Virus record (IMG/VR): IMGVR_UViG_2657245664_000004
Location: 1 to 13,055 of that record
Source: a virus
Taxonomy: Duplodnaviria; Heunggongvirae; Uroviricota; Caudoviricetes
Strand: one strand, 5' to 3'
DNA: 13,055 nucleotides
Shown: positions 1-7,307 of the stretch, in pieces
Numbering within the stretch: position 1 is the first letter of the stretch
Layout: every line of letters begins with the position of its first letter
Position numbers and translations under genes: made by a program
Notes under the pieces: model-generated
The model's input: the letters and a program-made list of their open reading frames with translations, nothing else
What the model was told of the DNA's origin: nothing
Databases searched by the model: none

Positions 1-85
1 TAACGAGGCACCGAGGCGTCGCATTCTTCAGATGGTTCAACCCTTAAGTTAGCGCTTATGGGGAGAATCCCTCGCCACCTCTGAT

Positions 86-493
86 GTGTCAGGCATCCTC
101 AACGCACCCGCACTTAACCCGCTTCGGCGGGTTTTGTTTTTTCCTAGCATTCTGGTTTACAATTCGCACGCCAGCCTGAACAACTGGCACCTGCTGCGCC
201 AGCAGAGACAACCGATGGCGCACGATACCAAATTACACAATTCTGATGATTCTGCCGTCTTTGCCAGCAGGCACGGGCGGCGTTCCCGCACTTTCAAATC
301 TGACTGGTTCCAGCATCCCCCATGCACTGAAGAACAGGCCGAGTGGCTAATTCAGTGCTACCGCAGACACGGATACGAGATTAAGAAAGCCCTCAGCCTC
401 GATTATCGTCACTGGATAATCTCCGTCAGGCTTCCTTACTCCGAGCGCCCACCGCGTCCGTCCCGCACATTCCAGCAACGCATCTGGAGGTAA
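86..493 (+). CDS. Hypothetical nin-region protein; start uncertain (GTG 86, or ATG 215 giving 93 aa)
   Basis: Open frame from the track. A strong intrinsic terminator hairpin (116-142) lies inside the 5' end if GTG 86 is used, so the in-frame ATG at 215 is the more plausible start. No recognisable family. Ends 1 nt before the next gene. Confidence 0.3.
   Translation: MSGILNAPALNPLRRVLFFPSILVYNSHASLNNWHLLRQQRQPMAHDTKLHNSDDSAVFASRHGRRSRTFKSDWFQHPPCTEEQAEWLIQCYRRHGYEIKKALSLDYRHWIISVRLPYSERPPRPSRTFQQRIWR
116..142 (+). terminator. Rho-independent terminator (nin-region tR2-like)
   Basis: Perfect 7-bp stem AACCCGC / GCGGGTT with TTCG tetraloop, followed by TTGTTTTTT. Confidence 0.5.
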
Positions 494-494
494 C

Positions 495-1544
495 GTGCGG
501 GTATTACTTCGACCTGTTCTGGTACCGGAACTCGGGCTGGTGATCGTTAAGCCGGGCCGTGAATCCATGCCGGTATTCCACAATACCCGGGTACTGGTGG
601 AGCCGGAACCGAAAAGCATGCGTAATCTGCCGTCCGGGGTTGTTCCTGCCGTTCGCCAGCCGCTAGTGGAAGACAAAACATTGCTGCCGTTTTTCAGTAA
701 CGCACGGGTGATTCGTGCTGCTGGTGGTGCTGGTGCATTGTCTGACTGGCTGTTGCGCCATATTAAATCCTGCCAGTGGCCACACGGCGATTATCATCAC
801 AGCGAAACCGTCATTCACCGTTATGGTACCGGCGCAATGGTGTTGTGCTGGCACTGCGACAACCAGCTGCGTGACCAGACATCCGAATCACTCGAGCAAC
901 TTGCTCATCAAAACCTGTCAGCATGGATGATTGACGTCATCGGTCACGCAATAAGCGGTACGCAGGAGCGTGAATTATCTTTGGCTGAATTATCCTGGTG
1001 GGCGGTCCGCAATCAGGTGGCGGACGCGCTACCGGAAGCGGTATTACGTCGTTCGCTGGGGTTGCGTGCAGAAAAAATCCGCTCAATGTACCGTGAAAGC
1101 GACATCGTACCGGGAGAGCAGACCGCCACCAGCATACTGAAACAGCGCACAAAAAATCTTGCGCCGCTGCCTCACGCCCACCAGCAACAGAACCCACCAC
1201 AGGAAAAGACGGTGGTCAGCATTGCCGTTGATCCTGAGTCTCCGGAATCTTTCATGAAACGACCTAAACGTCGCCGCTGGGTTAACGAGAAATACACACG
1301 CTGGGTGAAGACACAGCCGTGTGCGTGTTGTAGTAAGCCAGCCGACGATCCCCATCACCTGATTGGTCATGGTCAGGGCGGAATGGGAACAAAATCCCAC
1401 GATATTTTCACGCTACCGCTGTGTCGGGAGCATCACAACGAGCTTCATGCGGATCCGCTGGCGTTCGAAGAAAAGCATGGTTCTCAGGTTGATTTAATTT
1501 TTCGTTTTCTTGATCACGCCTTTGCAACCGGCGTGCTTGGGTAA
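495..1544 (+). CDS. DUF968 / YdfU-like prophage protein with C-terminal HNH-like Cys/His motif
   Basis: 349-aa ORF, the length I recall for E. coli Qin prophage YdfU. C-terminal CACCSKPADDPHHLIGHGQGG...CREHHNELH is an HNH/zinc-binding-like pattern. Sits upstream of rusA and Q as in lambdoid nin regions. GTG start. Confidence 0.7.
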   Translation: MRVLLRPVLVPELGLVIVKPGRESMPVFHNTRVLVEPEPKSMRNLPSGVVPAVRQPLVEDKTLLPFFSNARVIRAAGGAGALSDWLLRHIKSCQWPHGDYHHSETVIHRYGTGAMVLCWHCDNQLRDQTSESLEQLAHQNLSAWMIDVIGHAISGTQERELSLAELSWWAVRNQVADALPEAVLRRSLGLRAEKIRSMYRESDIVPGEQTATSILKQRTKNLAPLPHAHQQQNPPQEKTVVSIAVDPESPESFMKRPKRRRWVNEKYTRWVKTQPCACCSKPADDPHHLIGHGQGGMGTKSHDIFTLPLCREHHNELHADPLAFEEKHGSQVDLIFRFLDHAFATGVLG

Positions 1545-1556
1545 AAGGGGTTACTG

Positions 1557-1931
1557 ATGCGTATAGAGTTTGTTTTGCCTTACCCGCCGACGGTGAACAC
1601 CTACTGGCGACGTCGTGGCAGCACATATTTTGTATCAAAAGCCGGTGAGCGTTATCGCCGTGATGTGGCGCTTATTGTTCGCCAGCAGCGACTGAAATTA
1701 AATCTGTCCGGAAGGCTGGCGATCAGGATTATTGTGGAGCCACCGGATAAGCGTCGTCGCGACCTGGACAATATCCTGAAAGCACCGCTGGATGCGCTGA
1801 CGCATGCGGGAGTGTTAATGGACGATGAGCAGTTTGATGAAATCAATATCGTTCGTGGTCAGCCAGTATCTGGTGGACGTCTGGGGGTGAAGATTTACCC
1901 CATAATGCATGAAGAGCAGGTCAAAAAATGA
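1557..1931 (+). CDS. rusA: RusA-family Holliday junction resolvase
   Basis: 124-aa product with the conserved RusA core (PDKRRRDLDNILKAPLDALTHAGVLMDDEQ) as recalled from E. coli/phage 82 RusA. SD AAAGGGG before the ATG. Stop overlaps the Q start (ATGA). Confidence 0.85.
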   Translation: MRIEFVLPYPPTVNTYWRRRGSTYFVSKAGERYRRDVALIVRQQRLKLNLSGRLAIRIIVEPPDKRRRDLDNILKAPLDALTHAGVLMDDEQFDEINIVRGQPVSGGRLGVKIYPIMHEEQVKK

Positions 1932-2749
1932 AACTGGAAGATTTACCGAAATACTACTCCCCAAAATCCCCTTGCCTGACCGATGCATCGGCCTCAACGT
2001 CAAAAGATGCGCTGAGTATCACTGATGTGATGGCCGCGCAGGGCATGACACAGAATCGGGCTGAGATGGGATTTTCTGCGTTCCTGGGGAAAATGGGCAT
2101 CAGTATGAATGACAGGGCGCGGGCAACAGAATTACTGGCAGATTATGCACTCAGTCGGTGCGATCGTGTGGCGGCGTTGAGAAAACTTCCGGCAGAAATA
2201 AAACCGGTAGTGATGCGCATTATGGCTTCGTACGCTTTTGAGGATTATGCCCGCAGCGCAGCGAGTAAAAAGCAGTGCCCTTGTTGCTATGGGGAAAAAT
2301 TTATTGAAAGCGTAGTTTTTACAAACAAGGTCCAGTATCCGGATGGTAAGCCGCCGGTATGGGCAAAGTGTACGAAAGGTGTGTATCCGTCTTACTGGGA
2401 AGAATGGAAAAAAGTCAGGGAGGTGGTAAAAGTTGCCTGTCCGGAGTGTGGCGGAAAGGGTGAGGTTTCCACCGCCTGTAAGGATTGCCGTGGGCGTGGT
2501 GTCGCCATTCACCGTGAAGAGTCGGTAAAACGTGGTATGCCTGTTATCAGAGACTGCCAGCGTTGTGGTGGTCGTGGCTATGAAAGACTACCATCAACGG
2601 AGGTATTTAATGCTATATGCGAGGTGACAAACCAGATAACACGCGCGTCATGGGAAAAAACAGTTAAGAAATTCTATGATGCGCTGGTGACCCGGTTTGA
2701 TATTGAAGAAGCATGGGCTGAGCGGCAGTTAAAAAAGGTAACTAGGTAA
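1928..2749 (+). CDS. Q: Late-gene antiterminator Q (Q82-like, Phage_antitermQ family)
   Basis: 273-aa ORF immediately upstream of a pR'-like promoter and tR'. Three DnaJ-type CxxCxGxG zinc-finger motifs (CPECGGKG, CKDCRGRG, CQRCGGRG). Position after rusA is typical for lambdoid Q. Confidence 0.8.
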   Translation: MKLEDLPKYYSPKSPCLTDASASTSKDALSITDVMAAQGMTQNRAEMGFSAFLGKMGISMNDRARATELLADYALSRCDRVAALRKLPAEIKPVVMRIMASYAFEDYARSAASKKQCPCCYGEKFIESVVFTNKVQYPDGKPPVWAKCTKGVYPSYWEEWKKVREVVKVACPECGGKGEVSTACKDCRGRGVAIHREESVKRGMPVIRDCQRCGGRGYERLPSTEVFNAICEVTNQITRASWEKTVKKFYDALVTRFDIEEAWAERQLKKVTR

Positions 2750-2754
2750 CAAGG

Positions 2755-2782
2755 TTGATTTTTCCGGAATCTGTGGTAAATT
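2755..2782 (+). promoter_or_regulatory. Late promoter pR'-like (-35 TTGATT, extended -10 TGgTAAATT); qut site expected to overlap
   Basis: TTGATT at 2755-2760, 16-bp spacer, TG-n-TAAATT at 2774-2782. TAAATT is the lambda pR' -10 hexamer. Located directly after the Q stop. Confidence 0.5.
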
Positions 2783-2830
2783 CGTCATAACGATGGGCGT
2801 TTTATGCCTGGCGTTAGAAGAGTTTCTACA

Positions 2831-2856
2831 ACCCGCCGCTGAGCGGGTTTTTTATT
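2831..2856 (+). terminator. tR'-like intrinsic terminator of the late transcript
   Basis: Stem CCCGC / GCGGG (plus flanking A-T pair), loop CGCTGA, then TTTTTTATT. About 50 nt downstream of the predicted start site. Confidence 0.6.
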
Positions 2857-2892
2857 GCGAAATTAATTACGGACCGTTATTATTCTGCTCCC

Positions 2893-2968
2893 GGCCCTTT
2901 AGCTCAGTGGTGAGAGCGAGCGACTCATAATCGCCAGGTCGCTGGTTCAAATCCAGCAAGGGCCACCA
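2893..2968 (+). tRNA. ileZ: tRNA-Ile2 (anticodon CAT, lysidine type; ileZ-like)
   Basis: Cloverleaf folded by hand: acceptor GGCCCTT / AAGGGCC, D-arm GCTC/GAGC, anticodon loop CTCATAA, T-arm GCTGG-TTCAAAT-CCAGC, encoded CCA end. Resembles E. coli ileX rather than tRNA-Met. Same Q-downstream location as ileZ in Stx phages. Confidence 0.85.
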
Positions 2969-3069
2969 TCACAAACCGCCATTAGCTTATCAGGAAGAGC
3001 AGACGACACGATAACAGGGTTGTTGGTGCGGGGGGCGGGTCCCCGATGGCGGTCCATTATCGGTATTCA

Positions 3070-3146
3070 GCGTTGTTAGCTCAGCCGGACAGAGCAATTG
3101 CCTTCTAAGCAATCGGTCACTGGTTCGAATCCAGTACAGCGCGCCA
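3070..3146 (+). tRNA. tRNA-Arg (anticodon TCT, reads AGA/AGG; argO/argN-like)
   Basis: Acceptor GCGTTGT / ACAGCGC (one G-U pair), D-arm GCTC/GAGC, anticodon stem ATTGC/GCAAT with loop CTTCTAA, T-arm ACTGG-TTCGAAT-CCAGT, encoded CCA. Confidence 0.85.
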
Positions 3147-3256
3147 TATTCATTCTTCCAGATTCCTTCCGGCAGAGCCTTATACTGAAATATACCTGGC
3201 TCAGGATATTGTTGAAAATATTATATGTTTGTCAAAAATAAAAGTTCTGTTAAGTA

Positions 3257-3610
3257 TTGATTGAATATTTGTTATACGGTCTAATGGTTTTTTCAGCATT
3301 AAATATTTATCATTCATATGGTGTGGGTAGAGTGAATATTGATGAGGCGTCGGGGTGTTTCATCCTTAGGCAGCGTATTGATATAGTCAATGCAGCACGA
3401 GCAAAGGCCTTCAGCCGTTTGACAGTTTTGTTCTGTACTCCTGATCGTCTTTCGGGAAGAGACGTTATTATTCTGAATAGTGATGCTATACAGAGGGTTT
3501 GCGATGAGTTCATGGTTGCTAATTCAGAATTATTTGCTCTTGTTCAGGAGTACAACAGAATAGCCAGGACCTGTGGTATGGATGAACTTCGGATTACTCA
3601 TCTGGGGTAG
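3257..3610 (+). CDS. Hypothetical protein in the stx-equivalent cargo position; start uncertain (TTG 3257 or ATG 3284)
   Basis: Only long ORF between the tRNAs and the terminator at 4002. No good SD and no recognisable family. Confidence 0.35.
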   Translation: MIEYLLYGLMVFSALNIYHSYGVGRVNIDEASGCFILRQRIDIVNAARAKAFSRLTVLFCTPDRLSGRDVIILNSDAIQRVCDEFMVANSELFALVQEYNRIARTCGMDELRITHLG

Positions 3611-4001
3611 ATACATATCTGGATTATCACCTGTTACGGTAAAAAGTGATTGCTTACTGTTTTTGTGAATGGCATTGCAGCAGCCGGATAATGTCAGTGC
3701 TGGCTGACGGTGTGCTGGTGGCGGGTGTGGTGGTTGTTGCTTTCCCGTTGCTGAAAAAGAAAACGCCAGACTGTTAGCCGGGTATCAGTTAGCGGGAGAA
3801 ATTTTTAAATACTTCACAATTCAGGCGGTTGACTGTTGTCTGGTTTGCGGGGAGTTTGTTAAAAGAAACTGGCATGGTGAATCCCCCTGTGCGGTGGGGC
3901 AATCAGCGAGTAGGTATATGGGATAATCGCGGATTCAGGTGCTGGTACTGAATTCACCGGGAGGCACCCGACACCATGCAATGGCACATAGCGCCACTCT
4001 C

Positions 4002-4031
4002 CAGCCCCTCTCCGGAGGGGCTGTTTATATT
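4002..4031 (+). terminator. Rho-independent terminator
   Basis: Perfect 9-bp stem CAGCCCCTC / GAGGGGCTG with TCCG loop, followed by TTTATATTGATTTT. Lies just 3' of the convergent minus-strand ORF. Confidence 0.55.
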
Positions 4032-4057
4032 GATTTTGTCAGATGTGAGTAAACTCC

Positions 4058-4393
4058 TTATGGACTTTGTTGTTTTAGTCCATAAGGACATATTTGCAGA
4101 GTGCAACGGTTATTAAAGCATTCATTCAATACGTTATCTGTATTTGTAGGGCATTCCTGGCTGTTTTTGATTAAATTCCAGAATGTTTTATTGAATGGTA
4201 CTACGTTGTAAATGGTTACAGGTAGCACTTTGTTATTGAGCATGATGCCTGTGTGAGTCAGTGTAAATATACTTTCAGGAGGTAAGAAAGCATCCGATTG
4301 ATACCAGATTATTAATTTTATTTTACTCCATATGACTGAAAAAGATATTCCGCATGATGGCTGGATAACTGTATCAATCACAATCCACTTCAT
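4058..4393 (-). CDS. Hypothetical AT-rich cargo protein (111 aa, C-terminal Cys-containing region)
   Basis: Minus-strand ORF with good SD (AAGGAAAGTAA-ATG). Much more AT-rich than the phage backbone. Four Cys in [26 protein letters not shown]. Divergent AT-rich intergenic region 4394-4637 is suited to promoters. Confidence 0.55.
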   Translation of the reverse strand: MKWIVIDTVIQPSCGISFSVIWSKIKLIIWYQSDAFLPPESIFTLTHTGIMLNNKVLPVTIYNVVPFNKTFWNLIKNSQECPTNTDNVLNECFNNRCTLQICPYGLKQQSP

Positions 4394-4652
4394 TTACTTT
4401 CCTTGTTTATGCCTTGCTGGTGATGTTCTGAAAAGTATAAATGATATTTTTGAATTAAACCATAGAGCAGAATTATTTTTCTGATGTTGTTTATTGTTTA
4501 TTTAAATACAGGGTGGTTTATATCTCGTCTTGTAGTTTATCCATGCATATCTGCTTGATAATCAGGTTTTTATTTAAGGTATGGTTTTGTGTTTTTTCTG
4601 TATTACATGTCAGGTATTTTAAAGAATTATTTTTCAGATGGTGGAAAGAACC

Positions 4653-4841
4653 ATGGCATTTAAACACTATGATGTTGTCAGGGCGGCGCCGCCGTCAGAT
4701 CTTGCGGAAAAGCTGACACATAAACTGAAAGAGGGCTGGCAGCCGTTTGGTAGTCCGGTGGCCATAACCCCTTATACCCTGATGCAGGCGATTGCAGCAG
4801 AAGGTGATGTGGTGGTCAGCGGTGCAACTGAGCCGGAGTGA
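4653..4841 (+). CDS. Small conserved lambdoid-prophage protein upstream of the lysis cassette (possibly DUF1737-type)
   Basis: ORF MAFKHYDVVRAAPPSDLAEKLTHKLKEGWQPFGSPVAITPYTLMQ... preceded by GGAAAGA SD. An in-frame ATG at 4638 is an alternative start. Family name is from memory and not verified. Confidence 0.5.
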   Translation: MAFKHYDVVRAAPPSDLAEKLTHKLKEGWQPFGSPVAITPYTLMQAIAAEGDVVVSGATEPE

Positions 4842-5084
4842 TACTACGTCATCGTACTGGCCCGGCATTCCAGGCCATAAAAGACAGTCTGGCAGTGGGA
4901 CTAAATACACTGACGCTGACGGATATTACCAAAAATGCAACGTATGGCGTTGAGATAGAAAGTCTGGTGCTGGAGATAAATGCACCGGCATCATCATAAA
5001 AAGTGAGCCAGTCAAATGGAAGGTATCGTTAAACTCACCGGTAGTGTCAGTGGGTCGTCTGAGACGCTTGCATGAGTTATCAGA

Positions 5085-5116
5085 GCCATCAGTAGTTAAC
5101 TGGTGGCTTTTTTATT
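5085..5116 (+). terminator. Putative intrinsic terminator upstream of the holin gene
   Basis: 8-bp stem GCCATCAG / CTGGTGGC (one G-U pair), 7-nt loop, then TTTTTTATT. Confidence 0.4.
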
Positions 5117-5148
5117 GTTGTCAGCTTCCGGATAACGGGAGACGGGGT

Positions 5149-5364
5149 ATGGACCAGATGGAAAAAATCACAACAGGTGTGTCATACACCACGTCAGCGG
5201 TGGGAACGGGCTACTGGTTCCTGCAGTTGCTGGACAGGGTTTCCCCGTCTCAGTGGGCGGCAATAGGCGTGCTGGGGAGTCTGCTGTTTGGGCTGCTGAC
5301 ATATCTGACTAACCTGTATTTCAAAATCAGAGAGGACCGTCGTAAGGCTGCACGGGGAGAGTAA
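5149..5364 (+). CDS. S: Class II holin (phage 21 S-like pinholin) with dual start
   Basis: 71-aa product [26 protein letters not shown]...[17 protein letters not shown] closely resembles S21 as recalled. Two TM segments. Met1 and Met4 give the antiholin/holin dual-start arrangement. SD GGGAGA upstream. Confidence 0.85.
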   Translation: MDQMEKITTGVSYTTSAVGTGYWFLQLLDRVSPSQWAAIGVLGSLLFGLLTYLTNLYFKIREDRRKAARGE

Positions 5365-5368
5365 TTCA

Positions 5369-5719
5369 ATGACTCAAAACTATGAACTGATTGTGAAAGG
5401 GATCCGCAATTTTGAGAATAAAGTTACGGTAACTTTAGCGTTACGGGACAAAAAACGCTTTGACGGTGAAATTTTTGACCTGGACATCTCGCTGGACCGT
5501 GTTGAAGGTGCCGCGCTGGAGTTTTATGAGGCAGCAGCCAGAATGAGCATCAGACAGGTCTTCCTGGATGTTGCTGCCGGGTTATGTGAAGGGGATGAGC
5601 AGTCGCCGGAAAAGCGCCCCGTAATTTTAGAGGCGCAGAATGTATGGATAACCTACAAAGGAAAGCTACCGGGAAGAATTACTGGTTCTCTGAAGACTCC
5701 TCCGGAATCACAACCTTAA
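5369..5719 (+). CDS. Uncharacterized protein encoded between holin and endolysin (possibly YdfR/DUF1327-like)
   Basis: 116-aa ORF with strong SD (GGGGAGAG) starting 5 nt after the holin stop. No TM or signal peptide. Qin prophage ydfR occupies the same S-to-R position; homology not verified. Confidence 0.55.
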   Translation: MTQNYELIVKGIRNFENKVTVTLALRDKKRFDGEIFDLDISLDRVEGAALEFYEAAARMSIRQVFLDVAAGLCEGDEQSPEKRPVILEAQNVWITYKGKLPGRITGSLKTPPESQP

Positions 5720-5782
5720 GTCACTGACCGGAACAGATAAACCTGTCCGTGGGCAGAAACCGATAAATCCTGATAAATATCC

Positions 5783-6316
5783 ATGAACGCAAAAATCAGA
5801 TACGGCCTGTCGGCTGCCGTTCTGGCACTGATTGCCGTCGGTGCGCCCGCGCCTGATATTCTCGACCAGTTTCTGGATGAAAAAGAAGGTAACCACACAA
5901 CGGCATACCGCGATGGGTCCGGCATCTGGACCATCTGTCGGGGTGCCACGATGGTGGATGGAAAACCCGTTTTTCCCGGTATGAAACTGTCGAAGGAAAA
6001 ATGCGACCAGGTCAACGCCATTGAGCGTGATAAGGCGCTGGCATGGGTGGAGCGCAATATTAAAGTACCACTGACCGAACCACAAAAAGCGGGTATAGCG
6101 TCATTCTGTCCCTATAACATTGGCCCCGGTAAGTGTTTCCCGTCGACGTTTTATAAGCGGCTGAATGCCGGTGATCGTAAGGGCGCATGCGAGGCGATTC
6201 GCTGGTGGATAAAAGATGGTGGGCGCGATTGCCGCATACGTTCAAATAACTGCTATGGACAGGTTATTCGTCGTGACCAGGAAAGCGCATTAGCCTGTTG
6301 GGGGATAGAGCAGTGA
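5783..6316 (+). CDS. R: SAR endolysin (GH24 lysozyme, R21-like)
   Basis: N-terminal Gly/Ala-rich weakly hydrophobic segment ([17 protein letters not shown]) consistent with a signal-arrest-release domain. Catalytic E-x8-D-x5-T pattern ([18 protein letters not shown]). Pairs with the pinholin. Confidence 0.85.
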   Translation: MNAKIRYGLSAAVLALIAVGAPAPDILDQFLDEKEGNHTTAYRDGSGIWTICRGATMVDGKPVFPGMKLSKEKCDQVNAIERDKALAWVERNIKVPLTEPQKAGIASFCPYNIGPGKCFPSTFYKRLNAGDRKGACEAIRWWIKDGGRDCRIRSNNCYGQVIRRDQESALACWGIEQ

Positions 6317-6774
6317 GCAGAGTCGCCGCGATTATTTATGCTTTGGTTATCTGCATCATCGTCTGCCTGTCGTGGGCGGTCAATCATTACCGTGATAACG
6401 CCATCGCCTACAAAGAACAGCGTGATAAAAAAGTCAGTGAGCTGAAGCAGTCGATCGCCACCATCGCTGACATGCAGCAGCGTCAGCGTGATGTTGCTGC
6501 ACTCGATGCAAAGTACTCGAGAGAATTAGCCAATGCGAAAGCTGAAAATGAAACTCTGCGCGCTGATGTTGCCGCTGGTCGTCGTCGGTTGCACATCAAA
6601 GCAGTCTGTCAGTCAGTGCGTGAAGCCACCACCGCCTCCGGCGTGGATAATGCAACCAGCCCCCGACTGGCAGACACCGCTGAACGGGATTATTTCACCC
6701 TCAGAGAGAGGCTGATCACTATGCAAAAACAACTGGAAGGAACCCAGAAGTATATTAATGAGCAGTGCAGATAG
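6313..6774 (+). CDS. Rz: Rz i-spanin
   Basis: GTG start overlapping the endolysin stop. N-terminal TM then coiled-coil region. Near-identical to lambda Rz as recalled (…[21 protein letters not shown]). Confidence 0.85.
   Translation: MSRVAAIIYALVICIIVCLSWAVNHYRDNAIAYKEQRDKKVSELKQSIATIADMQQRQRDVAALDAKYSRELANAKAENETLRADVAAGRRRLHIKAVCQSVREATTASGVDNATSPRLADTAERDYFTLRERLITMQKQLEGTQKYINEQCR
6533..6715 (+). CDS. Rz1: Rz1 o-spanin (outer-membrane lipoprotein embedded in Rz, +1 frame)
   Basis: 60-aa ORF wholly inside Rz. Lipobox LVVVGC and proline-rich stretch PPPPPAW. Matches lambda Rz1 as recalled. Confidence 0.85.
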   Translation: MRKLKMKLCALMLPLVVVGCTSKQSVSQCVKPPPPPAWIMQPAPDWQTPLNGIISPSERG

Positions 6775-6805
6775 AGCTGCCCATATCGATGGGCAACTCA
6801 TGCAA

Positions 6806-7099
6806 TTATTGTGAGCAATACACACGCGCTTCCAGTGGAGTATAAATGCCTAAAGTAATAAAACCGAGAAATCCATTTACGAATGTTTGCTGGGTTTCTG
6901 TTTTAACAACATTTTCTGCGCCGCCACAAATTTTGGCTGCATCAACAGTTTTCTCCTGTCCAATTCCCGAAACGAAGAAATGATGGGTGATGGTTTCCTT
7001 TGGTGCTACTGCTGCCGGTTTGTTTTGAACAGTAAACGTCTGTTGAGCACATCCTGTAATAAGCAGGGCCAGCGCAGTAGCGAGTAGCATTTTTTTCAT
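6806..7099 (-). CDS. bor: Bor lipoprotein (serum-resistance, Bor/Iss family)
   Basis: 97-aa minus-strand ORF MKKMLLATALALLITGCAQQTFTVQNKPAAV... essentially identical to lambda Bor as recalled. Lipobox LITGC. Confidence 0.9.
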   Translation of the reverse strand: MKKMLLATALALLITGCAQQTFTVQNKPAAVAPKETITHHFFVSGIGQEKTVDAAKICGGAENVVKTETQQTFVNGFLGFITLGIYTPLEARVYCSQ

Positions 7100-7307
7100 G
7101 GTGTTATTCCCGATGCTTTTTGAAGTTCGCAGAATCGTATGTGTAGAAAATTAAACAAACCCTAAACAATGAGTTGAAATTTCATATTGTTAATATTTAT
7201 TAATGTATGTCAGGTGCGATGAATCGTCATTGTATTCCCGGATTAACTATGTCCACAGCCCTGACGGGGAACTTCTCTGCGGGAGTGTCCGGGAATAATT
7301 AAAAACG

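Noticed and set aside
347-1400. Several 60-110 aa minus-strand and alternative-frame ORFs (347-676, 663-854, 715-930, 937-1200, 1083-1400)
   Set aside because: All are embedded in or antisense to the hypothetical ORF and the DUF968/YdfU-like gene. No start signals and non-protein-like composition.
2969-3069. Possible degenerate third tRNA (argN-like) between the two tRNA genes
   Set aside because: The spacer has no T-loop (GTTCRANYC) motif and cannot be folded into a cloverleaf with acceptor-stem pairing.
3961-4100. 46-codon ORF MQWHIAPLSSPSPEGLF... starting at about 3977
   Set aside because: It reads straight through the 9-bp-stem terminator hairpin and into the convergent gene's 3' end, so it is more likely non-coding.
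4513-4716. 67-aa plus-strand ORF in the AT-rich divergent intergenic region
   Set aside because: Runs through the probable promoter region and into the start of the 4653-4841 gene in another frame. Composition (F/L/I/W/R-rich) is typical of chance ORFs in AT-rich DNA, and there is no SD.
6887-7087. 66-aa plus-strand ORF
   Set aside because: Antisense to bor, which matches lambda Bor on the minus strand.
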